In this document: piece by piece, positions 47,273 to 58,406 of the stretch
Layout of the letters: each line of letters starts with the position of its first letter
Position numbering within the stretch: position 1 is the first letter of the stretch
Program-made: the position numbers and the translations under genes
Origin: Cyanophora paradoxa CCMP329
Taxonomy: Eukaryota; Plantae; Glaucophyta
Length of the DNA stretch: 64,000 nucleotides
NCBI GenBank assembly: GCA_004431415.1
Contig: QPMI01000278.1
Span: 38,581-102,580, forward strand
Direction of reading: 5' to 3'
The notes under the pieces: generated by a model
Databases searched by the model: none
Told to the model about the DNA's origin: nothing
What the model saw: the letters and a program-made list of their open reading frames with translations, nothing else

Positions 47273-49609
47273 TCACATCTTGAAGCCGAGGCCGGCGGCG
47301 GGGGTGCCGTAGTTCTGCCAGCCCTCGCGCTCGAGCTTGTCGGCCTTGTCGAGGACCATCTGCTCCATGTCGCGCTGGTAGGCGGCCATGCGGTCGAGGA
47401 GGGCGCGGTCCGAGGAGGCGACGATGCGGACGGCGAGGAGGCCGGCGTTGGCCGCGTTGTCGATCCCGACGGTGGCCACGGGCACGCCCTTGGGCATCTG
47501 CACGATCGAGTGCAGGGCGTCGACGCCGTCCAGGGGGCCCGACGTGCGGCAGGGGACCCCCACGACGGGGAGCGGCGTCATCGAGGCGACCATGCCGGGG
47601 AGGTGCGCCGCGCCGCCGGCCCCGGCGATGATGCAGCGGAGGCCGCGCTCGTGGGCCGACGCGGCGTACTCCATCATCCGCTTGGGCGTGCGGTGCGCGG
47701 AGACGACGGTGAGCTCGAAGGGCACGCCGAACTCGGTGAGGATCTCCGCCGCCGGCTTCATCCGCGGCAGGTCCGAGTCGGAGCCCATGATGATCCCCAC
47801 GAGGGGCCGGCCCGCCGGCGCCGCGGGGGCCGCCTGCGGCGCCACCGCCGGCACGGGCCCCGCCGAGGAGGAGGCGGCGGCGGAGGAGGAGGGGACGAGG
47901 GGGTTGGGGGCCGGCGGCTCGATGCCCATGGCGCGGATGCGCCTGCGGACCTCCTCCATGGTGGGCCCGACGACGGTGAGGTGGCCCATCTTGCGCCCGC
48001 TCCGCGCGTCGCGCTTGCCGTACCAGTGCATCGCCACGCCGGGGGTGGACATGGCGCGGTTGAGGGGCTCGGTGTCGACGGTGTCGCCGCGGGCGCCGAG
48101 GATGTTGAGCATGACGGCGGCGCCGACCTTCATGGCGGGGTCGCCGAGGGGGAGGCCGGCGACGGCGCGCAGGTGCTGCTCGAACTGGTCCGTCACGCAC
48201 GCCTCGATCGTGAGGTGCCCCGAGTTGTGCGGCCGCGGCGCGATCTCGTTGAAGAGCACCTGCCCGCCCCCCGGCCCCCGCGTCAGCCCGGCCGGCGGGC
48301 GGGGCGGGCGGGGCGGGGCGGGGCGGGGCGGGCCTGGCCGTCGGGGAGGACGAAGAGCTCGACGCCGTAGATGCCGGCGCCGTCGAAGGCCGCCACCGCC
48401 GCCTCGGCGACGCGCTGGGCCTCACGGGCGACGGCCGGGGGGAGCTCGGCCGGGCAAATGACCCAGCGGCAGACGTTGTCCTCCTGCACGGTCTCGACGA
48501 CGGGGTGCGAGGCGAGCGAGCCGTCCGTGCCGCGCGCCACCATCACCGCCACCTCCTTCACGAACGGCACGAACTTCTCCGCGTACAGCTCCCTGCCGCC
48601 CGCGCCGTCCCGTCAGGCGCTCCGCCGGGCGACCCGAGGGGTAGGAGGGGGGAGGGGGGGAGGGGGAGGGAGAAGAGGGTGGGAGGGGGGAGATGTGATC
48701 GTTGGTCGACTCGAGAGGCGAACCAAAGGCAAGAATCGCCCGCCGATTCCTATAACGATTTCCCCTTGCGGGTCACTCTCCGCGACTCACTGGACAGATT
48801 GGGCCCCATCGAGCCGAAGCTTTCGGGCCTCATCCGTGGCAGAGAAGCGGTTCGAGAAAGAGAGCCGGGAAAAGGAGACGGAAAGGAAAGGAAAGGGCAA
48901 GGAGCGGGGGGGCGGGGGCGGGCGCGGGGGCGGGCGCACGCGGAGGCGCCGAGCTTGGCGATGGCGTCGTCGACGTCCTCGGGGGAGCGGACGAGGGCGT
49001 TGCCCTTGCCGTCGTACGCCATGCGCTTCGACTTGAGGAGCATCGGGTAGCCGAGCTCCTGCCCCGCACGCAGCACCGCCGCCTTGTCCGGCGTCTCCAC
49101 GAACTCGCCTGCCGCGCCGCTCGGCGGCGGGGCGGGGCGGGGCGAGGCGGGGCGGGCGGACCGATGGGGACGGCGTGGTGCTGGAGGAAGCGCTTCTGGG
49201 CGAACTTGTCCTGCACGGTGCCGATGGCGGCCGCCGACGGCTGCACGCGCACGCCCGACGCCTCCAGCTCCGCCATCGCCGCCGTGTCCACGTGCTCGAT
49301 CTCCGTCGTGATCATGTCGCACCCCGCCGCCAGCTCCCGGATCTTCGCCGGGTCCCGGAAGCTGCCCACCTGGCCCCGCGCGTCGGGAGAGCGCCGCGCG
49401 CACACGCACAAGCTGGCGGGACGTACGATGTGCCGGTCCGCCACCTGCCCGCCGGGCGCCGTGGGATCGGGGTCCAGGACGTGGAGCTCGATGTTGAGGC
49501 GGTGGGCCGCGTAGCTCATCATGCGCGCTAGCTGCCCGCCGCCGAGAACGCCGATCCTGCGCGCCGGGCCCACCGTCTTCGACTTCGGGAACAGCTGTTC
49601 CGTCGGCAT
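47273..49609 (-). CDS. ADE2: Phosphoribosylaminoimidazole carboxylase (PurK-PurE fusion)
   Basis: [85 protein letters not shown]. Confidence 0.96.
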
Positions 49610-50006
49610 GACGGCCTCTGACAGGACGCGGTGAGCCTGAGCATGACGGCAGCGCCGGGGGGCGCGTACGTGGGGTCCCGTCGTAAGGTCCGGCCGAGGG
49701 CGTGAGACGGGAAGGTGGCAGCGGCAGCGGGACGAGGTCTGCGGCCGCTCAGATCGCGATCAGCGATGTCGGGGCGTGCGGACCCGAGAGCTGCTGGCGG
49801 CCGAAGAACTTCTGAGCGAGCGAGAACCGCTCCTTGCGGAGAGCAGCTCGAGGCCGGTTGCGTCCAGAGCGACGCGGGCCTGATGCGCGCGTTGATCGCG
49901 AGACAGATCGGCTGAGACCCGAACACAGAACACACCCGCAGAAGCAAGAAGGCACGCCGACGAGGTCCCCTTGACGCCCTCTGACGCCGCAACGCCTGCC
50001 AGGCCT

Positions 50007-50496
50007 GGTCAGCGCGGCGTCGCAAGCGATCGGAGCCCGGTCGGGAGGAGTCGGGCTCCCTGCTGACCGGAGAGCGGCGGCGGCGACGGGAAGACGACGA
50101 ACGACGAGCTTGCCGCCATCCAGCAGCGGCGGGGCGGCTGCGCCGGGTACGGGAGAGGCAAAAGTGCGCGGGGCGGAGTCGAGCCCGGCACTTCGGGGGG
50201 CGGGGAGGTAGAAAAGTGCGGCCTGTGAGGATCGAACTCACGACCTTAGGATTATGAGACCTACGCTCTACCGACTGAGCCAAGGCCGCTTGCCAATCGA
50301 CGAACCACTGCCCCACCCGGCTCCGCGCGGTGCTGCCTTCGAATTCGCGCCGCTCCCTGAGTCACCGGCCCGCCGGATGACAGGGTGAACGCCGGAGGCG
50401 CCCCGGGCCCATGGGCAGGTCTCCACGGCTTTGAGCCATCAAGCGATCCAGCTCTTGAGCCTTCTGAGGTTCGCCTTCAGGTTCGCGGTGCGCGCG
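50007..50496. repeat. tRNA-Met-containing direct repeat, copy 1
   Basis: Near-identical to 55398-55915. Confidence 0.95.
50217..50289 (-). tRNA. tRNA-Met(CAT), elongator type
   Basis: GCGGCCTTGGCTCAGTCGGTAGAGCGTAGGTCTCATAATCCTAAGGTCGTGAGTTCGATCCTCACAGGCCGCA, 73 nt cloverleaf, followed by CTTTT. Confidence 0.97.
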
Positions 50497-50550
50497 CCCA
50501 TCCCCGGCCCGCCAGCGCACCATTCGAAATTCGCGCTCATTCTCGCTCAG

Positions 50551-53033
50551 ATGGGGCGCCCGAGGAAGCGCGCAAGACGTGCGGACATCGCAGAGGGCGT
50601 CGATGTCGGCGAGGCGCGCGACTTGTCGGCGCTCGAAGCGCTGCACCCGGACGTCCTGGAGGCCATCCTGCTGCTGCTCGGGCCTGCAGAGGCGTGGCGC
50701 TGCTTGCGCCCGGTCAGCAGGAAGTTGCGGGATGCAGTCGATCGTGTGCCGGCGTGGCCGTCGCTGCAGCTTGCGGCGAGCACGGATGCGAAGATCCGCA
50801 AGGCGGCAGCGGTCTTTGCTCGGTCTCGCCCTCGGATCAGACTATCCGCCGGCTGCACGCTGGAGCTTAGCACACTCCTCGAGCTTGACGATGTCAACAA
50901 TCGTCGCAAAGCCGCAAAGCTCGAGCTTGCCGATGTCAACAATCGTCGCAAAGCCGCAAAGCATCGCAAAGCCGCAAAGCATTGCAAAGCCGTCTCAGCC
51001 CTGCTCTCCGCCTGCTCGGCATCCAGCGGCGGTCTCGGCAGCTTCTCCGTTGTGGTCGACACGATCAGACCGGATAGTTATCATGATTTTGACTTCGGCG
51101 AGCTGGAGTTTGAGTTTCTCGAACAACTCACGGAATTTGTTTCGGCAATGACCGATCCTCTCAGCAGCCCCCAGGAGGAGGGTGGCAGCCGCGACACGCT
51201 CCGGAGCATCAGCGTCCGCCTCGAGCGCGGCCCGTGGGATCTCATATATTCGGACGCCCTCTCGCGCCTGCTGTCGCGATTCAAGTTCGAGCGCCTCGAG
51301 CGGCTGGAGCTGCCGTTCCTGCTGGACTACGCGGCGGACGCCCTCGAGGCCGCGCTGCCCACGCTGCGCTCCGCCGTCGTTCGGTTTCACCATGGGGCGG
51401 CCCTCGCTGATCTCGCCACGCACCCGGCGCTCGAGGAGCTGGAGGTGTCTCTCGAGTCGACGTCCGAGGGAGCTGATCGTGGGCCTGCTTCTGGCTTCGA
51501 TTGCTTCGCGGAGGGCCCCGCCGCCGCTCGCCTGCGCAAGCTCATCATGAATTTGTGCGTCCTCTGCGTTCTTCTACTGCGCATGCATATGCTGCCAGGC
51601 TGATCGCGACCTTGACGCTGCGCGCGTGCGTGCATACACACGTAGCGGCGGGACTGAATTCGACGTCGCGGATCTCCCCTCTCTCGGCCGCCTCACGTCC
51701 CTCGAGGCGCTGGAGTTGAATGTCGACATCGATGTCCGCGCGCCCTCGAGCTTTCTAGGCCGTGGCCAAGCCATAGGCCTCCAAATCCGTCCGCGACGTG
51801 TTACTGCATGCGCGTGCTAATCGTGCGCTCTCTTTTGGCAGCGCTGCGATCGCGAGGGCGCCCCGGCAAGCACCTCGGGCTCGGGCTCGGGCCTAGGCCT
51901 CGTGCGCCTCGACAGGCACCTCGCCGGCCTCCGCAAGCTCCGCACCCTCGACCTCACCCTCCACCTCGGCGAGGGCGGCGCGGCGCACGCCCGCGCCCTC
52001 GCCCGCGCCCTCCCCGCCCTCTGCCGCCGCCACGCCGTCACGCTTCGCCTCGGTGCAGACGCCTGTGCGCGCCCGCCTCGACTCCAAAGCGTCGCCTGCG
52101 CTCCGCCCGCACTCACCCGCCCTCGCCCCGCAGATCGGGCCGGGCCTCCCGGGCGACAAGCCCGCATGGACGCGGCGCTCGGGGAGCTGATCCGCGCCGC
52201 GGGGCCCGCCCTGGTCTACCTCGACGCCGGGTGCCGCGGGCAAGCGTTCTCAGCGCTCGCGGCCTGCCCGCGGCTGCAGGAGCTCTTCCTGGAGGACAGG
52301 CCCGGGCCGGGGGAGCGCGGGCCGCCGGAGTGGCTCGCGCGGGGCGACCCCGGGACCCTCGCCGGGCTGCGCCGGCTCCGGCGCCTCGACCTGGACCTCC
52401 TCGGCTCGTCGGGCCTCGAGCCCGGGCACCTCCGCTGCCTCGCCCGCGCCTTCGAGGAGCTCTGCCCCCGCTCCCTCGTCGACCTGCGCCTCAAGATCTG
52501 TGCGCGCCCCCCCCTCTCCAGGCGGCTAGACCGAGTTTGTTCACCGGCCCTCGCCCTGCACGGCAGTTACGGACTCGGAGGAGGGGCCTGAGGTCGACGC
52601 GGCGCTCGCGGAGCTGCTGCGGGCGGCGGCGCCGGCGCTCGTCGAGCTCACCGTCGGGGCGGGCGTGCTGCGCGGGCAGGCCGCGGCGGCGCTCGCCGCC
52701 TGCCCGCGCCTGGTGAGGCTCGAGCTGCTCAAGCCCGGGGCGGGGGAACCGGTCCCCGACACACCCTGGGAGCCCGTCCCCGTGGCCGCGGCGGCGGCCG
52801 TGCTCGCCGCCTGCCCCGCCCTCGAGTCGGTCCGGGGCCTCGTCGTCCCCCTCGACAGCGAGCGGGAGGCGTCGGAGGGGCTGGAGCCGCTGCTGCGCCT
52901 CGCCTCTGCCGGCAGGCTCGTCCGCTCCAGGTGCCGCTTCGTCCTCCGGCCCGGCCCAGGCCTGCTGGGAGACGCGCGGGAAAGGGCAATGGATCTCGCG
53001 AACGCGCGCATCCGGTCCGCCTTCCCCGCTTGA
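50551..53033 (+). CDS. F-box / RNI-like LRR protein
   Basis: F-box LEALHPDVLEAILLLLGPAEAWRCLRPVSRKLR, then LxxLxL repeats over several exons; internal 42-bp and 18-bp duplications at ~50878-50992. Confidence 0.8.
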
Positions 53034-53239
53034 TCGACGCTCGATTCTCGTGGTTGTTTCAAACTGCTCTAAACATTCACTGCACATTTCGTTATCACTG
53101 CACATGGTTGATGATCTCTTTCGCCGTCGATTAATTCGTTGTTTCCGGTTTTGAATTCATTTCAGACGTAGCTCAGAATTTTCCTCCAAGTACTCATGAT
53201 CATGATCCAGGAGTAAGCGTACATGTACAGTTGTGTATA

Positions 53240-53783
53240 GCCGTGCCACGGTGTCACACAGTGTTACTAAATTTCTTACTGTACACGCACACTTAGAACT
53301 GTCACTGAGTCAGTGCCACGGTGTATCGAAAGCCCTGCGGCCCTCCGGGATCCGAATCATCGGATCCTGGGTCCCGTCATTCAACATCAAAAAAATGATT
53401 GCGTGCCACGGTGCAGGGTCCGGATCCCACCGCCCATGATGCCATGATGATCATGATCCATGATCAGCTCATGATCAGCGGCTGCAGGGCCTCATGATCG
53501 GGCCCTCAGGGCCTGAGGGCCTGAGGGCCAATGTGGGCACTGCGGCATGCGCAAGCCTGCAGCTGGTAGGCTTAAGCTTTGAGGGCGGCGAAAAACTCCG
53601 AGGCTTGACTCGGCGACAATTGAATGCATGATCATGACTCCGAGGCTCACTGCAGCTGCATCGATAAGACGTGCAAGTGACTCGCCGAGTCGGTGACTCA
53701 TGATCATATGCATCATTCCTTCGTTTCAGCCCGGCCCGGCGGCCTGCACAAGGCTTCACCGTGGCACCGTGGCACTGAGTCAA
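53240..53783. repeat. Intergenic cluster of direct and inverted gtgccacggtg motifs (MITE-like remnant?)
   Basis: tgagtcagtgccacggtg (~53306) versus caccgtggcactgagtca (~53766), an inverted match with 1 mismatch; many tcatga palindromes. Confidence 0.45.
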
Positions 53784-53931
53784 AGGCTTACTAAAGTTAA
53801 GCTTCGAGGCTTCGTGGAACTCCGGAAGGCTAGGCTGTAACAAGCTATAGTTACATGTACAGGACCTGCCGCAGCTGGACTATAGCTACGAGGGCGTGGC
53901 CCATGGGCGAGAGGCCGCTCGGCTAGGAGCG

Positions 53932-55050
53932 CTAGCGGCGGCGGTAGGCGGAGGAGAGGAGGCGGATGTGGGCGCCGGGGAGGGCCGCGTGGAGGGCGGC
54001 GGGGGCGGCCTCCTGGGGCGGCCACGTGGAGTAGCCCGGGCGGGAGATCTCGAGCTCGAGGGCGGCGCCGCGGGCGCAGAGGGGCGCGAGGGCGGCGTGC
54101 GGGGCGGGGTCCAGGGGCCCCACGCAGCGGTGCGCGAGGCGGAGGCGGCGGAGGCCGGCGCCGGCGGCGAAAGCGGCCGCCTCCTCGGGCCCGAGGGGCA
54201 GCACGGAGCGCACCTCGCACGCCTCCAGCGCCCCCCCGGCAGCCGCCACCGCCTCCGCCAGCGCCGGTCCGTACACCGGCCCCGGCCCCTCCACGCCCCC
54301 TGCCCCGGCCCCGCGCGAGGTCAGCGGGGCGGCGCCGGCGGGCGCTGCGGGAGAGGGGCCGGACCGACGGCGAGGGTGACGGGGCGGGGGTCGCGGGCGG
54401 GGCGGGCGCGGAGGGCGGCGGCGAGGGCGCGGAGGAGGTCGGCGCCGGCGTGGCCCGAGACGAGGCGCAGCTCGAGGTGGAGGGCGGGCAGCAGGGCCCG
54501 CCCCCCGCGCACAGCGCCGCGAGCGCCTCCAGGCCCCCGCCCCCGCCCCTCCTCCAGCTGCGCCCGGCTCAGACGCGCGCGCAGCGGGGGGAAGGGCGGG
54601 CGGGGGCGCGCCACCAGCGTCGGGGGCCACTGCCCGGGGCCCAGCAGCGCCGCCGCGCGCGGGGCGAGCTCCAGCGCCGCCGCCGGCGTCAGCAGCGGCC
54701 GCGCCTCGCCGCCGCCGATCCTGCGGCGCGGCGTGGGCGCGCGGGGGGCGGTGCGGGGGGGGGGGGGGGGGGGGTGGGGGGTGGCGCACGGGAGGATGCG
54801 GAGGGCGGCGAGGCGGGGGCGGGAGGGCCCGCGGAGGAGGGCGAGGAGGCCCGGGCCGAGGGGGGCGCGGGGCGGGGCCCGCAAGCACAGCTCCTCGAGG
54901 GCGAGCGGGGCCAGGCCCAGCATCCGGCCCAGCACGAGGTCGTCAATCCTCGCGAAGGGGCCCGCCGCCTCGCCAGCCGCCGCCGCCGGATGCCGCCGCG
55001 GCCGGGCGCCAGCATGCGTATCGCCCGGCGGCCGCTGTTGATGAGCCGGG
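53932..55050 (-). CDS. Second F-box-like / LRR-like protein, possibly degenerate; start uncertain
   Basis: PFARIDDLVLGRMLGLAP, LEELCL, LRRLRL, ending LHAALPGAHIRLLSS. Confidence 0.5.
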
Positions 55051-55397
55051 CTCTTGTGCGTACGGCTCGCTGCCTTCTCCAGCCTTGTCTTTTTCACAGG
55101 CACGATCACGTTGCCCCGACCGCGCGCGCGGGATGCAAGACGAGCGTTTCTCGCGTGCGCCGGCGCCCTGGTGGTGGCTGTCATGCTTTAAGATTCTGCA
55201 CGATTGCTCGCTCCGACCGCGGCTGCAGCTTTTGGCTGCCCGGGCGAGCTTAGCTTCGTACTTGCGCCGTACGAGTCGGTACGAAGCGAGTAACTCAGGT
55301 GCGTATGAAGCATCATGATCCCCTCGGAGAAAGGGGCGGAAGCGCTGGTAGCTAATTTGAATGATGTTAGCTTACTGCTGCCAAACCAGCGCCCGCC

Positions 55398-55915
55398 GGT
55401 CAGCGCGCCGCGGCCGGGTCGACGTCGCAAGCGATCGGAGACCGTCGGGAGGAGTCGGGCTCCCTGCTGACCAGAGAGCGGCGGCGGCGACGGGAAGACG
55501 ACGAACGACGAGCTTGCCGCCATCCAGCAGCGGCGGGGCCGCCGGGGCGGCTGCGCCGGGTACGGGAGAGGCAAAAGTGCGCGGGGCGGAGTCGAGCCCG
55601 GCACTTCGGGGGGCGGGGAGGTAGAAAAGTGCGGCCTGTGAGGATCGAACTCACGACCTTAGGATTATGAGACCTACGCTCTACCGACTGAGCCAAGGCC
55701 GCTTGCCAATCGACGAACCACTGCCCCACCCGGCTCCGCGCGGTGCTGCCTTCGAATTCGCGCCGCTCCCTGAGTCACCGGCCCGCCGGATGACAGGGTG
55801 AACGCCGGAGGCGCCCCGGGCCCACGGCCAGGTCTCCGCGGCATTGAGCCATCAAGCGATCGATATCCAGCCCTTGAGCTTGTTGAGGTTCGCATTGTGG
55901 TTCGCGGTGCGCGCG
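55398..55915. repeat. tRNA-Met-containing direct repeat, copy 2
   Basis: Near-identical to 50007-50496. Confidence 0.95.
55630..55702 (-). tRNA. tRNA-Met(CAT), identical second copy
   Basis: Identical to 50217-50289. Confidence 0.97.
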
Positions 55916-55979
55916 GCTACTGGGCAGGAGGCTCAGCACCGAGGCTCAGCAGGCAGCAGTTTCCTCCAGCATTGATAGC

Positions 55980-57994
55980 ATGCACGCGCAGCCATCAGCA
56001 GTGGGTTGGAACAGCGGAGACGGAGCGCTCATATGCAGTTGTCGGAAACTGACAGCATGGCCGACAACAGAGATCCAGCAAGTTGGTCCTGCAAACATTC
56101 GAGCCCTAAACCTTTACTGCAACGACATAAGCTCTATCCCCCAAACGGAGCTCGCGAAGCTGACGGTTCTGAAGAGAATGTACATGAACTCAAACCAGCT
56201 CACTGTGATACCGCCGGCGATCGGGCAGCTAACTTGTCTCCAAAAGCTGATCATCGACAACAACAAGCTGCGTGCGCTTCCACCGGAGATTGGGAATCTG
56301 ATCAACTTGACACAGTTGAACGCGAGCTCCAACAAACTCTCAACCATCCCACGGGAGATCGGGCGCCTCGCGAGCCTGCAGCTGTTGAACGTCTGCAACA
56401 ATGAGCTAGCGGAGCTGCCGCAGGAAATAGCCCAGCTGGAGGGACTGCAGGGTCAAGACGAGCACGGCGCGCCGAGATTAAATGCGAGCTTCAACCCCCT
56501 CACGACCATTCCTGAACACATCCCACGGTTAGGGACCGCTCTTCTCGAGTACCTGCGCTCCCTTCGCGCTGCAGCTGGCTCGGTGAGACGTTCTCTTCTT
56601 GAATGCTGAATTTCGGTGCCTGAATGCTTCATCGTCGTAGGCAACTCTTCCAATTGCAAGCGATCGTGATGACTCTTTCGCTTTCCGAAATCAGCCTGCT
56701 CCTCCTTGTACGTCCTTTCCCAGAAAAATCAGCCTGCCTAATGCTCCTTATGATGTTCCCACTGGGCCAGCCACAGCGGTGGTGGCTGCTTCTTCAAATT
56801 CAACACCGGCATGCTCGAGCTCCGCCCTTCTCGTCCAATCATCCGCTATTGGTGCGTTCCAAATCAACTTACGATCTTTCATTATTTCGTTGTCTCACAT
56901 CATTGTCAGGTTCACTGTCTTTGAATGCGACCACCGTTTTCGAGTGGATTCGAAATCTCGAAAACAGTCTTCTGGCAGCCAGAGAGGCGGCAGAGGTTGC
57001 CGCAGCTCGAGCATTAGCAGCCGAGACCCGCGCAAAAGCAGCCGAGGCCCGTGCAGAAGCAGCCGAGGGTGATCGGAGCGCATTGCTGCAACGGATCGAT
57101 GAGATGAATGCAAGAGCAGCAGCATCGCAGAGTCGGGCTGTGGCAGCCGAGGAAGCAGTGAAGGAGCTAATCGCCCAGCTAAGCTCAGAGGCTGTCCAAG
57201 CGAATGCCGCGGCACAGTCTGCAGCACAACAGGCGGCGGCAGTGGAGGAGCGTGCAGCAGCAGTGGAGGCGGAGTGCACGAGTCTGAGGGGGCAGCTGGA
57301 GGCGGCCCGCGAGGAGCTCCTTCACGCGGTTCCCTTTCCATCCGCTGGCTCGAGCGAGGCGGTGCTCGAGGCCGCAAGAGGGTGCCTGCACACAGCCCTC
57401 AGACGCGTGGAAGAGATGTGCATAGAGGCGCGGGCAACGGAGCGTGCGACAGCACTTGTCGAACAAGCGCAGCGCAACGCAGTTGCTGTCCGGCCGTCTC
57501 TGTTCGAGTGCAAGGTTCGCACCCCCCTCCCCTCCGGTTCCCCTACCCCCCTCCCCCCCCGAATTCCCAACTCATCTCCTACCCCCCCCCCCCCCCCTAT
57601 CCCCCTCCCCCGCCCTCCCCTCGAGCTCCCCGCACCCCTCCCCTGCCCCCACCACGCTCCAAGGCTGTCAACGCGTCTCTGCCTTTCCGAGGCTCCTACC
57701 GCGTCTCCGCCTTCTTATTTTAGTCTCTGCCAAATGTCCTTTTTAGTCTCTGCCTTGTGTTACCGTCACCGAGTGCGCCTCACACACAGGTCTGCCTGGA
57801 GGATAAGCCCCCTGTGGCGCGACGCGCAATCCAGCCGTGCGTGGAGACCTCCTGCACCTTTGACCTGTGCTAAATGCGAACGCAGGTGCGGTCACGTGTG
57901 CTGCGAGAGCTGCGTTCAGCGGCTTGCATCCGCTGGCCAGCCCTGCCCCATCTGCAGGGGGGCCCTTCAGGGGTTCATACCTATCTTTGAGTAG
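55980..57994 (+). CDS. LRR - coiled coil - C-terminal RING E3 ligase (LRSAM1-like architecture, no SAM seen)
   Basis: LRRs (LxxLxxxxNxLxxLPPEIGxL) capped by NPLTTIPEHI..GTALLEYLR; Ala/Glu coiled coil; RING ECK|VCLE..QP|CGHVCCESC..CPICR. Lower GC than its neighbours. Confidence 0.85.
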
Positions 57995-58250
57995 ATAACG
58001 TTTGGAGTGAATGTATGTGTATTCCACTGCTGTTTATTGTTCAGAATTGTTGACTATTGTTGACTACATATAGCTATGTAGCTAATGACAGTATCGACTC
58101 TCAGGGGCTTTCATTCTAGACTGCCTCTTGATGTGGGCCTCGTGATGTGGGCCTCTTGCAATTGGTGCCGGTGGGTCCTGCCAGACTGCAGGGTCGGCAG
58201 TACTATTGTACCGCGCTCCCTTACTCCCCTAGTTACCTGCCCACCGGATC

Positions 58251-58390
58251 AAACCACTGCCCCTGCGGGATCGGCGCGGCGCGGCCTTCGCGCTACTCCC
58301 CTATCCACTAGTACTGGCCCGCCGGATCAGAAGGTGAACGCCGGAGGCGCCCATGGCCAGGCCCCGGTTACTGGTCAAGGCGTCGAGCCG
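58251..58390. repeat. Decayed third copy of the tRNA-upstream part of the repeat (no tRNA)
   Basis: aaccactgcccc..., ggcccgccggat..ggtgaacgccggaggcgccc..ggccagg shared with copies 1 and 2. Confidence 0.75.
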
Positions 58391-58406
58391 AGACGTCGAC
58401 TAGGGA

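Noticed and set aside
50007-55915. LTR retrotransposon defined by the ~500-bp direct repeats
   Set aside because: No TG...CA termini, gag/pol or PPT; the repeats contain a whole tRNA gene and enclose intron-containing F-box genes.
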